The translations under genes were made by a program, and so were the position numbers. Below the pieces are notes generated by a model. That model was not told where the DNA came from. It did no database searches and saw nothing but the letters and a program-made list of their open reading frames with translations. Source: Deltaproteobacteria bacterium (GTDB lineage Bacteria; CG2-30-53-67). From it: a stretch of DNA of 63,417 nucleotides. How positions within the stretch are numbered: position 1 is the stretch's first letter; each line of letters begins with the position of its first letter. Below are positions 7,545-16,590 of the stretch, one piece after another. The stretch lies in the NCBI GenBank assembly GCA_013151235.1, contig JAADIO010000011.1, forward strand, positions 1 through 63,417, written 5' to 3'.

Positions 7545-8195
7545 ATGGGAAAGACCAAGACGCTCATAGCAAAGAGTGTCGCCACTCATTTGATCGGATT
7601 TTCCTTCATCCTGCCGGGGACTCTGCAACGGCGCGGTTTTCTTCGGGCCATGGACCGGATCTTTTCCGGGATGGCCCCTTCCTACGACCGGGCCTGGGAG
7701 AAAATGGGAACATCCGTCGTCCTTGCTCCTCTGGATCGGGCGGCAGGGGAGATCCCCAAACCACCGGCACGGATCGCCGATCTTGCCTGCGGCACGGGTC
7801 CGGCCGCTTTCCGGCTGGCCGACACTTTCCCGGAGGCCCGGATCACCGGGGCCGATATCTCCCGGGCCATGATCGAAACATTCCGGAAAAAGATCCCCCC
7901 GGCAAAAAGGGAGCGGATCTCGGCCCTTGTCTCTCCCTCCGGCCGTCTCCCCTTTGCCGACAACACCTTCGACCTCGTCCTGACCCAGAACGCGCCCCCA
8001 TATCCCGAGGAGATGATCCGCGTCCTCCGTCCCGGCGGCTTCCTCTTCTTTCTCTACTCCTTCGCCTTCATCGCCCCCGTCCGGAGGATCGTTCGGCGAA
8101 GACTTGTCCCCCTCAACCTGTGCGATATCACAATCCGGCGGGCAGGAGAAGGAATGGCGGTCACGGCCGTTAAAGGAAAGAAGGGAAGGGCCTGA
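7545..8195 (+). CDS. Class I SAM-dependent methyltransferase
   Basis: DLACGTG, GADIS, LPFADNTFDLV, RVLRPGG. Confidence 0.85.
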   Translation: MGKTKTLIAKSVATHLIGFSFILPGTLQRRGFLRAMDRIFSGMAPSYDRAWEKMGTSVVLAPLDRAAGEIPKPPARIADLACGTGPAAFRLADTFPEARITGADISRAMIETFRKKIPPAKRERISALVSPSGRLPFADNTFDLVLTQNAPPYPEEMIRVLRPGGFLFFLYSFAFIAPVRRIVRRRLVPLNLCDITIRRAGEGMAVTAVKGKKGRA

Positions 8196-9409
8196 TGGAG
8201 TCCCGAATTGAGTCGATGGCACCCGGCGGCTTTGGTATCGCCCGGATCGAAGGACGTGTCCACTTCGTCCCGGAGACCGTCACGGGGGACGTCGTTGAGA
8301 TCGAAGAGGTGTCGAAGAAGCGACACCACACCTTCTCCCGCCTCGTCCGGATTCTGGAGCCCTCCCCCTCTCGCAGGAATCCCTTCTGCCCCTGGTACGG
8401 GGCGTGCGGGGGATGCGACTTCCAGCACATCACCTACCCCGAACAGCTTCGGATCAAGCAGGAGATTTTCCGCAATCAAATGCAAAGGATCGGGAAGTTT
8501 GAAGATCCGGAAACACCGGAGATCCTCGGTTCCAAGTCAAAAAGAGTCCGGATGCGATTTCAGATCGGAAACGGGGAGGTCGGGCTCTTCCGGCGCAGGA
8601 CGAACCGGATCTGTGCCATGACGGAATGCGCCGTCGCAGATCCGACGATCAACAAAGCACTTCAGGTGATCCGTAAGGGGGTAAAGGAAGCACCGGGAAG
8701 ATCCGCTTTGGAGGGAGAGGTCACTATCATTGCGGCCGGGGGCAAGGCCCACCTGTTCCTTGACCTTCCCTTGCAGCAGGCCATGGCCCTGAGTGAGTCG
8801 ATGAGACCACCCGTCGTCGGCTGCATCCTCGGGAAAAGGGAGATGCGCCGGATCACGGGCAAGCCGTCAATCCCACTCAAAACCGGAGGCGTTCAAATCG
8901 ATCTTCCCGCCGACGTCTTCGTCCAGGCAAACCGCGAGATCAACGAAGCGATCCTCCCGGAGATCCGGGCCTTCATGGAGGGAACAAATAAGGTCGTCGA
9001 TCTCTACTGCGGTTGCGGCAATTTCACCTTCCCTCTCTCCCGGGCATGCGGTGAAGTCACCGGGATCGAAACATCACCGGCCGCCGTCGAATCCGCACGC
9101 AAGGCCGCCCTTCGGGCGAAGATCGGGAACCTCTCCTTTTTCTGCCGGCCCGCCGCCGAAGCAGATCTCTCAGGCACCGGCGGGATCGTCCTCGATCCGC
9201 CCCGGCCGGGACTTTCCAGCGGTCTGATCAAAAAGATACTCCGGGCCCTCCCCCGCCGGATCGCCTATCTCTCCTGTAACCCGGCGACCCAGGCCAGGGA
9301 CCTGCGCCTCCTCGTCGACGGCGGATACACAATAGAATCCATCCGCCTATTCGACATGTTTCCCGAGACCCACCATATCGAGTCCCTGGCGCTGATGAGA
9401 CTGAAATAA
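8195..9409 (+). CDS. rlmD: RNA (uracil-5)-methyltransferase, RlmD/TrmA family
   Basis: TRAM domain, CPWYGACGGC Fe-S motif, FVQAN, DLYCGCG, LDPPRPG, YLSCNP, DMFPETHHIE. Confidence 0.85.
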   Translation: MESRIESMAPGGFGIARIEGRVHFVPETVTGDVVEIEEVSKKRHHTFSRLVRILEPSPSRRNPFCPWYGACGGCDFQHITYPEQLRIKQEIFRNQMQRIGKFEDPETPEILGSKSKRVRMRFQIGNGEVGLFRRRTNRICAMTECAVADPTINKALQVIRKGVKEAPGRSALEGEVTIIAAGGKAHLFLDLPLQQAMALSESMRPPVVGCILGKREMRRITGKPSIPLKTGGVQIDLPADVFVQANREINEAILPEIRAFMEGTNKVVDLYCGCGNFTFPLSRACGEVTGIETSPAAVESARKAALRAKIGNLSFFCRPAAEADLSGTGGIVLDPPRPGLSSGLIKKILRALPRRIAYLSCNPATQARDLRLLVDGGYTIESIRLFDMFPETHHIESLALMRLK

Positions 9410-9416
9410 TTTCCGT

Positions 9417-10655
9417 TCAGACACCGATCCCGATCCTGCCGTAAACTCCGTCGTAGCCCGGCTCGATCTCCACTCTTCCTTCCCGTACCCGGCCGACCGC
9501 CTCGGCCAGAAGGGATGATCCCTCCTCCGCCAGCGCGGCGAGAGAGGTCTTCGTCAGGACCGTATATTCGTCCCCAAAGACGGAGAGAAGACGCCGGTAC
9601 TCCCGGTCCACCCTCTTGCTCCCGACACCGACGCAGAGAATCCCGGAGAGGATCTCCGCCAGCGGGATCAGGGACTGAAAGCCCGTCCCATCGGCAGGAC
9701 CTGCCGGATGATCCCGGTCGGCCAGTTCCTCCACCCGGTGCAGGACCCCGAGAGTAAGCCTCTTTCCACAGACGGGGCAGAGTCCCTTGTGCTTTCTCGT
9801 CTCCGCCGGGGAAAGGCAGATCCCGCATTTCCGGTGTCCATCGAAATGGTACTTCCCCTCCTCCGGGAAGAACTCGACCGTCCCGCCCAGTCCCTTCTCC
9901 CAGCCTCCCCGGAGGGCCTCCCGCACGGCGGGATAGGAAAGGCCCGTCTCGAAGATTGTCGCCTCCCGCATCAGTTTCGGCAGGGAGTGGGCATCGGAGT
10001 TGGAGATCAGGCGTATTCCATCCAGCTGTGTCAGACGCCGGTTCATCGGAGGATCGGAGGAAAGCCCCGTTTCGATCGCCGGGATCTGTGATGCCGGTTC
10101 CCCGTAACATTCCTCAAGAGAGGAAAAGGAAGAAAAAGCGCCGAAGACGGAGAAGTGGGGCGTCCAGGCATGGGCCGGGATCAGGATATTTTCGGGATGG
10201 CTTTCGAGAACGATCCTGAGCAGATCCCGGGAATCGAGTCCGAGGATCGGGCGGCCGTCCGATTCGAGATTCCCGATCCGGGCCAGGGCGCGGTTGATCC
10301 GGGCAACAGAAGAAAGGTCCCGGGCCAGCAGGAGGTGATGAACCTTCCGTGTCCTTCCTTCACGGGAATAGATCGTCGATATCTCGGCGGAAAGGAGGAA
10401 ACGGATCTTCCGTCGGCAGCGTTGAGGAACCTCTCCATCGTTGATGAAGGGCTTTTTCAACCGGTAGAGTCCGGGTTCCGCCGGGGCCAGTTTTTTCCTG
10501 ATTTCAGCCAGCCGCACCGGATGAGTGAAATCGCCCGTCCCCAGGAGGGTCACTCCCTTGAGCTGTGCCCAAAGATGAAGGTTTTCCAGGGTCATGGCCG
10601 GGCTGGTCGAACGGGAGGCGGGGGAGTGGAGATGGAGATCGGCCAGGAATCTCAC
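9417..10655 (-). CDS. Endonuclease Q family protein (PHP domain plus Zn finger), stand-alone
   Basis: ADLHLHS, GTGDFTHP, IPAHAWTP, ETGLSSD, SNSDAHS, GKYHFDGHRKC, CPVCG, PGYDGVYG; GTG start overlaps the upstream stop (GTGA). Confidence 0.85.
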   Translation of the reverse strand: MRFLADLHLHSPASRSTSPAMTLENLHLWAQLKGVTLLGTGDFTHPVRLAEIRKKLAPAEPGLYRLKKPFINDGEVPQRCRRKIRFLLSAEISTIYSREGRTRKVHHLLLARDLSSVARINRALARIGNLESDGRPILGLDSRDLLRIVLESHPENILIPAHAWTPHFSVFGAFSSFSSLEECYGEPASQIPAIETGLSSDPPMNRRLTQLDGIRLISNSDAHSLPKLMREATIFETGLSYPAVREALRGGWEKGLGGTVEFFPEEGKYHFDGHRKCGICLSPAETRKHKGLCPVCGKRLTLGVLHRVEELADRDHPAGPADGTGFQSLIPLAEILSGILCVGVGSKRVDREYRRLLSVFGDEYTVLTKTSLAALAEEGSSLLAEAVGRVREGRVEIEPGYDGVYGRIGIGV

Positions 10656-11779
10656 GACCCCTCCGACTCTCCGGCCGGGACCTCCGCAGGGCCGAGCAGG
10701 AATCTCTGATAATAGGCAAGGAGGAGACAAGTCATGGGGAGGGCAATGATCAGGCCGAAGATCCCCAGGAGTTTCCCCCAGATCGAAAGGGACAAAAGGA
10801 TCATGGCCGGACTCAACCCGGTCACCTTTCCCATCAGCCTCGGCACGAGGATCGTATCCTGGATTAACTGGACCCCAACGAATACCAACCCCGTCAGCGC
10901 CAGGGTCACGGGGAGGCTCCCTCCCGTCTCCAGGGCATGGATCACGGCGAGGAGAAAAGCGGGAATCAGCCCGATCAGCTGGAGATAGGGGATCATGTTC
11001 AGAAGGCCGATGAAAAGGCCGAGCAGGATCCCCAACGGAAGGCCGATGAGGGTGAACCCCGTGGCAAAGAGGACCCCGACCAGGGCCGCTACGGCCGCCT
11101 GGGCCCGGAAATAACGGTTCATGGCGGCATCGAAATCATGAACGAACGCCACCACCTGTTCCCGATAACCCGGGGGGATCATCGACTTCCACCCCTCCCG
11201 GACCCTCGGAAAATCGATGAGAAGAAAGATCAGGTAGAGGAGGATCACCACCAACCCCGCCAGGCCGAGGAGAAAGCTCGCCGTCCCGGTAATGAGCCCC
11301 CAGATCCCCGGCAGGACCTTCCGGACCGTTTCGACGGCAATCTTCCAGAGATTCGCCGTATTGAAGAGGTCCTGGATCTCCTTTTGGGAAGCGTATTCCC
11401 GCACCGCCTTCCAGAGATCGGGCGGAAGCTCTTTCGATGCCCGTTCGGCAATATCGGAATTGTTCACCAAGCCGGAGAGAAGGCTCCCCATATGAGAGAT
11501 CTCTTTCGTCACCATGGGGGTAAGCCATGCCGCAAGGAGTCCCGAGAAAAGGAGGATGAGAATGAGGCTTACAACCACCGCCGTACCGCGGTGAGAGATC
11601 TTCCGCTGGACCCGGACCACGAGGGGATTGATCAGGTAGGCCAGCAGGAGCGCCACGGCAAAAGGGATCAGGACATCGCTGAGAAGGCCGAGGAGGCGGA
11701 TACCACCCCAGAGAAGTCCTGCGGCAAGGACGATCCGGACCACCCGGTCGAAGGTGTAGGGACTTTTGCCAAGGTTCAT
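10652..11779 (-). CDS. AI-2E family transporter (PerM-like)
   Basis: Multi-TM; AYLINP, GLLNMIPY, ILVPRLMG, GLIIALP; ATG 11779 with AAGGAG RBS. Confidence 0.85.
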   Translation of the reverse strand: MNLGKSPYTFDRVVRIVLAAGLLWGGIRLLGLLSDVLIPFAVALLLAYLINPLVVRVQRKISHRGTAVVVSLILILLFSGLLAAWLTPMVTKEISHMGSLLSGLVNNSDIAERASKELPPDLWKAVREYASQKEIQDLFNTANLWKIAVETVRKVLPGIWGLITGTASFLLGLAGLVVILLYLIFLLIDFPRVREGWKSMIPPGYREQVVAFVHDFDAAMNRYFRAQAAVAALVGVLFATGFTLIGLPLGILLGLFIGLLNMIPYLQLIGLIPAFLLAVIHALETGGSLPVTLALTGLVFVGVQLIQDTILVPRLMGKVTGLSPAMILLSLSIWGKLLGIFGLIIALPMTCLLLAYYQRFLLGPAEVPAGESEGS

Positions 11780-11792
11780 CGCCGGCACTCCT

Positions 11793-12395
11793 TTATGATT
11801 CAATAATATAACGACCTTCCAACAACTCTACCGGATCGATGAAAACCACATCGTCCCGCAGGGTCAGCCGCTCCCAACACAGCTCCTCTTGGGAAATCGA
11901 TCGGGGAATTAGGGCAACGGAGAGATGAAGATGGGGAAGAAGCCCCGGCACCGGATTTCTCACTTCGGCCAGCGTCGCCATTACTTCCCCTGCCTGAAGG
12001 AAACAGCCGGGGACGACCCCCGGATAAGGCCGGGTATGGCCATAGAGAGTAAACAGCCGTACATCTTCTTCATCATACTGAACATGGTGGACAAAAATCG
12101 ACCGCCCCAGGAAATCTTTTATAACAGCGACAACCTCTCCCGCTGCCGCAACGGGAATCCGGGTCCTCCCCTTCAGAGAAACAGTTTTACCACGACAGTC
12201 CCGGTAGAGGGCAAGATCGATCCCCTCATGGGGAAGTGGGCGGCATCTCCCCTCCCCCCACCATTCCTCTTCCGCACCGAATAACATGCCGGATATCAGG
12301 ACCCACTCTACAAAGTCAAGATGGTTTGTCGAAATCAGTTCTTGTCCAAAACTCCTAAGCATCAGAAAGTCTTTCCGACGGGAGTTCTTCTTCAT
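11793..12395 (-). CDS. M23-family metallopeptidase-like protein
   Basis: HEGIDL and PHLHLS Zn motifs, LYGH. Confidence 0.7.
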   Translation of the reverse strand: MKKNSRRKDFLMLRSFGQELISTNHLDFVEWVLISGMLFGAEEEWWGEGRCRPLPHEGIDLALYRDCRGKTVSLKGRTRIPVAAAGEVVAVIKDFLGRSIFVHHVQYDEEDVRLFTLYGHTRPYPGVVPGCFLQAGEVMATLAEVRNPVPGLLPHLHLSVALIPRSISQEELCWERLTLRDDVVFIDPVELLEGRYIIES

Positions 12396-13195
12396 ACTTT
12401 CACCACAGGATTCTTCAGTATCCCGATCTCCTCGATGGTCATCTCGATGAGATCCCCCGGCGAGAGAAAGACCGGCGGCGTCCTGGCGAATCCGACGCCG
12501 GACGGCGTCCCCGTAAGGATCACCGTTCCCGGCAGCAGCGTCGTCCCCTCGGAAAGATAGGCAATCAGTTCACGAACGGGATAGATCATGTCGGAAGTGT
12601 GGCCCTCCTGCATGGTCTTCCCATTGATGGTGCAGCGAAGGGAGAGATCCTGTGGATCGGGGATCTCGTCGGCCGTTACCAGGGCCGGTCCCAAGGGGCA
12701 GAAGGTGTCGAAGCTCTTCCCCCGAACCCACTGTCCGCCCCCGCCCTCCTTCTGCCAGATACGGGCCGAGACATCGTTACCGATGGTATAACCGAAGACA
12801 TATTCAAGGGCGGAATCAACCGGAACGTCTTTCACCGCCCGGCCGATCACCACGGCTAACTCCATCTCATAATCGACCTGCGGCGGATCAAGACAGGACG
12901 ACGGCAGGACGACCGGATCGCCGGGATGGACGACGCTGGCCGGATTCTTCATGAAAAGGATCGGATGAGACGGCAGCGGCAATCCGAACTCCTCGGCATG
13001 GCAATGATAGTTGAGCCCGACACAAAGGATGGCCGACGGATTGACAGGCGCGAGGAGTTTTCCGACCCGGACGGTTCTGCCGACCGAATTGAAGCCGGAA
13101 GCAAGATCCCCCGTCACTACATCGGCAACACCTTCCTCCCGGGGCAACCCGTAACAGACACAGCCCTTCTCATCAAGAAAACGGATGATTCGCAT
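12392..13195 (-). CDS. Fumarylacetoacetate hydrolase family protein
   Basis: CVGLNY, DYEMELAVVIG, NDVSAR, GKSFDTFCPLGP, ILTGTPSGVG. Confidence 0.92.
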   Translation of the reverse strand: MRIIRFLDEKGCVCYGLPREEGVADVVTGDLASGFNSVGRTVRVGKLLAPVNPSAILCVGLNYHCHAEEFGLPLPSHPILFMKNPASVVHPGDPVVLPSSCLDPPQVDYEMELAVVIGRAVKDVPVDSALEYVFGYTIGNDVSARIWQKEGGGGQWVRGKSFDTFCPLGPALVTADEIPDPQDLSLRCTINGKTMQEGHTSDMIYPVRELIAYLSEGTTLLPGTVILTGTPSGVGFARTPPVFLSPGDLIEMTIEEIGILKNPVVKV

Positions 13196-13229
13196 GGTAC
13201 AAACTTTATGCTATCCGGCAGTGGGATGT

Positions 13230-13322
13230 CAACCCCAAAAGGGGTCAAGTCTGCTCTTGGCTCTTATTGAAAAAGATGCTAACTAAAAAAGCCAAGAGCA
13301 GACTTGACCCCTTTTGGGGTTG
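13230..13322. repeat. 33-bp perfect inverted repeat with 27-bp AT-rich spacer (REPIN/MITE-like)
   Basis: CAACCCCAAAAGGGGTCAAGTCTGCTCTTGGCT (13230-13262) is the exact reverse complement of 13290-13322. Confidence 0.9.
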
Positions 13323-13337
13323 CTTTGGGTTAAGAAC

Positions 13338-15266
13338 CTACTGTTTCCCGTAGTCCAACGTATCCGGTTTCTGATTTTCCCCGAGGACTCTCCGAAGAGT
13401 ATCGCGCAGCAGCACTCTTCCGTAGGGTTTTCGGAGTACTCCCATAAAACCGTAGGCACGGTAATCGGAGAGGACAGGACTGTCGGAATAGCCGCTGGAG
13501 ACGATCCCCCGCACGGAGGGATCAAGGGCACGAAGCTCCCGAATCGTTTCCTCCCCTCCCATCCCGCCTAAAACGGTCAGGTCAAGGATCACAGCATCAA
13601 ACGGACGGCCTTCTTCCAGGGCTTCACGATAGATCTGCATCGCCTCCCGACCATCGGCGGCAAATTCCGCCTCGAAATGCTCATAACGAAGTAGCATCCC
13701 CGTCACAGAACGAACTCCCTCGTCATCGTCCATCACAAGGATTCTCCTCCTCCCTTCCCGAACATGAGCAAAAGATCCCGGGGCTGAAGCGGTTAATTTC
13801 GGAAATGGTTCCTCCCTGAAGGCAGGGATATAGATGGTAAAACAGCTCCCTTTTCCAAGCTCCGATTCAACGGTAATCGTTCCACCGTGTTTCGCTATAA
13901 TGGAATAGCTGATCACCAAACCCAACCCCATTCCTTTCCTGGATCCTTTCGGCTTGGTCGAGAAGTAGGGATCAAAAATCATGGGCAGATCCTTGCGGGA
14001 GATTCCGGGTCCTTCGTCACGAACGGTGACGCGAACATAATCGCCCCCGGGAAGGGGAGAAACATCATTTTCTTTAAGGAAAACATTCTCTCCTTCAACA
14101 TACACATCTCCCCCCTTCGGCATTGCCTCGCAGGCGTTCTGAATAAGATTTCTGATGGCCTGACCCACTTGGTGGGGGTCGACGAAGACGGGGGCAAGCC
14201 CCTCGGAGAATCGGTAGCGCCCCCGAACCGGTCCGTCCTCAAGGACCGAGGAACAGGCCTCGGTCAGGAACATCGGCAGGGAGACTTCCTCCTTGACGGG
14301 AGCACCGCCGGCGGAAAAGGTGAGAAATCGGTCGGCAAGATCCTTGATCTGGTAGGCGGCCCCTTCGGCATATTTGAGCAGATCATTGACCTCCGCCCCG
14401 GCGGGAAGGAGGGTGCGGACAAAAGAAAGATTACCGATGATCGGGGTCAGTAGATTATTAATATCATGGGCAATTCCTCCGGCGAGGTGCCCGAGCGACT
14501 CGAGATTCCTGCACTTCAGCGTTTCCGCCTCCATCCTCTTCCGGAGTGTAAGATCTTTGGCAACATAAACGGAGGCGGACATTTCTCCTCCCGACCCCCG
14601 GATCGGAGAGGAGGTTACCAGGAGCGGGAGACCCATGTGGCTGTTTTCCAACTCGGCGGTGACCGTCTCCCCTCGCTCCAGCATCTCTTTGTGAGGGCAA
14701 CCTTCAAAAGGCTCCGACAACCCGTGATAGATCTCGTAACAGTATCGGCCGACGATTTCCTCCGGCCTTTCACCCAGAAAATCGGCCAGCGCCTTGTTCA
14801 CCCGGACGATACGACAGGACGGGTCCTGTATCGAGACAAAATCAGGAATCGCATCAAAGGTTTCCCGCCACTCCGAGGCAGCGCGTTCCAGATCGGTTTC
14901 CATCTCCTTTCGTTCCGTTATATCCCGGAAACTTTCAAGAATTCCGAGGAATCTCCCAACCTCGTCATGGAGAGGAGAAGCGATCAACTCGCAGATACGT
15001 TCTCTACCATCTTCCCGAAGATGGCGATGTTCCATCCGAACCGGCCCCCCCTCTTCCCGGACTGATTTGATCGGACACGGGCCATCCACCCCGACACAGC
15101 AATCTTTCGAACCATGAAGAACCGAGTGACAGTAATCACCTTCACGCCCGGCACCTGTAAAGATTCGGGCGGCCCGGTTCATCATTCGGACCCGATGATC
15201 GGAGCCGATCATCAGGACCGGTTCGTCAAGACCGTCAAGGATGGTCCGGAGTGGAATTCCCTCCAT
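13338..15266 (-). CDS. Cytoplasmic hybrid sensor histidine kinase/response regulator (PAS-PAS-HisKA-HATPase-REC)
   Basis: Two PAS domains, H-box GGIAHDINNLL, N-box NLIQNA, DEGPGI, GMGLGL, receiver ILVMDDD...VILDL...KPY; no TM helix seen. Confidence 0.92.
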   Translation of the reverse strand: MEGIPLRTILDGLDEPVLMIGSDHRVRMMNRAARIFTGAGREGDYCHSVLHGSKDCCVGVDGPCPIKSVREEGGPVRMEHRHLREDGRERICELIASPLHDEVGRFLGILESFRDITERKEMETDLERAASEWRETFDAIPDFVSIQDPSCRIVRVNKALADFLGERPEEIVGRYCYEIYHGLSEPFEGCPHKEMLERGETVTAELENSHMGLPLLVTSSPIRGSGGEMSASVYVAKDLTLRKRMEAETLKCRNLESLGHLAGGIAHDINNLLTPIIGNLSFVRTLLPAGAEVNDLLKYAEGAAYQIKDLADRFLTFSAGGAPVKEEVSLPMFLTEACSSVLEDGPVRGRYRFSEGLAPVFVDPHQVGQAIRNLIQNACEAMPKGGDVYVEGENVFLKENDVSPLPGGDYVRVTVRDEGPGISRKDLPMIFDPYFSTKPKGSRKGMGLGLVISYSIIAKHGGTITVESELGKGSCFTIYIPAFREEPFPKLTASAPGSFAHVREGRRRILVMDDDEGVRSVTGMLLRYEHFEAEFAADGREAMQIYREALEEGRPFDAVILDLTVLGGMGGEETIRELRALDPSVRGIVSSGYSDSPVLSDYRAYGFMGVLRKPYGRVLLRDTLRRVLGENQKPDTLDYGKQ

Positions 15267-15471
15267 TTCAAGAATTCTCCTTCCATGGTATCTGTTTGAA
15301 AAGTAACGAAGATTCCAGATCTTCGCAAGACTTGGTCAACAAACAACTCTTAACGGGTATTTATCAGCCAAGGGACTCTTTTCTGAGATTGCTTTTTTAA
15401 TTGAGATGAAATTATGAATCAGTTAAGATGATCCAGTTTATTCACTTTATTGGTTTTTCCTTGGAGCAAAA

Positions 15472-16572
15472 ATGATTATCGGAATCGTCGGCCTTCCCAA
15501 CTGCGGCAAGACCACCCTCTTCAACGCGCTGACGAAGGGAGAGGCCGAGACCGCTCCCTATCACCAGGCCGGTGCGGAGGCCAATATCGGGATCGTCAAG
15601 GTTCCGGATGCCCGGGTCGACCGGCTGAGCGAAATTTTCAAGCCGAAGAAGACGACCCATGCCACGGTAGAATTCGTCGATCTTCCGGGGCTCCCCCGGG
15701 GAAGCGTGGCCGAAGGAACAAAGGTTACCGACTTTCTGAAGCGGGCCCGGGAGGTAGACGCCCTGGTTCATGTGGTCCGGGCCTTTGAAGACGACACCGT
15801 CCCCCATCCGGCGGGCTCGGTCGATCCCCTCCGGGACGTGGAAGATCTTGAGGTGGAGCTGATCCTGAGTGACCTGGCCATTATCGAAAAGCGGTTGGAG
15901 CGGGTAGAGGCGGCCCTGAAAAAAGGGGTGGAAAAGGGCAAACACGAAAAGGAGAAGGCGATCCTCGACCGCTTTCGTACGGCACTGGAGGAGGAAAAAC
16001 CGCTCCGAAATATCGTCATCGAAGAGGCGGAGGAAAAACTGATCCGGGGCTACCGCTTCCTGACTCTTCAGCCCCTCATTATCGTACTCAACGTCGGGGA
16101 GGGGGAGATCGGATCGGAAAAGGCCGATCTTCTTGCAAAGGATGTAGCCTCCCGCTTTCCAGGTGAAAAGAGCCGGGTCGAACTTCTTTCCGCAAAGATC
16201 GAGATGGAGATGGGGCAGCTTCCCGCCGACGAGGCAACTCTCTTTATGGAGGACCTGGGTTTGACCGAGTCGGCGATGGAGCGGCTGATCCATACCTGTT
16301 ACGATCTTTTAGGACGGATCTCCTTCCTCACCGCCGGGGAGGATGAGGTCCGGGCCTGGACAATCCCCAAAGAAACCCCGGCCGTTCAGGCCGCCGGTGC
16401 GATCCACTCCGACATCGAGCGGGGTTTCATCAAGGCGGAGGCGATCACATTCAACGACTTCATCGCCGTCGGTTCCTTTGCCAAGGCTCGGGAGGCAGGG
16501 ACGCTCCGTCTCGAGGGGAGGGACTACATCGTCCGGGACGGAGAGATCGTCCATTTCAAGTTCAATGTATAA
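15472..16572 (+). CDS. ychF: Ribosome-binding ATPase YchF
   Basis: GIVGLPNCGKTT, FVDLPG, VRAWTI, AGAIHSD, EGRDYIVRDG, HFKFNV. Confidence 0.95.
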   Translation: MIIGIVGLPNCGKTTLFNALTKGEAETAPYHQAGAEANIGIVKVPDARVDRLSEIFKPKKTTHATVEFVDLPGLPRGSVAEGTKVTDFLKRAREVDALVHVVRAFEDDTVPHPAGSVDPLRDVEDLEVELILSDLAIIEKRLERVEAALKKGVEKGKHEKEKAILDRFRTALEEEKPLRNIVIEEAEEKLIRGYRFLTLQPLIIVLNVGEGEIGSEKADLLAKDVASRFPGEKSRVELLSAKIEMEMGQLPADEATLFMEDLGLTESAMERLIHTCYDLLGRISFLTAGEDEVRAWTIPKETPAVQAAGAIHSDIERGFIKAEAITFNDFIAVGSFAKAREAGTLRLEGRDYIVRDGEIVHFKFNV

Positions 16573-16590
16573 ATCGGAACCGAGGAGACT

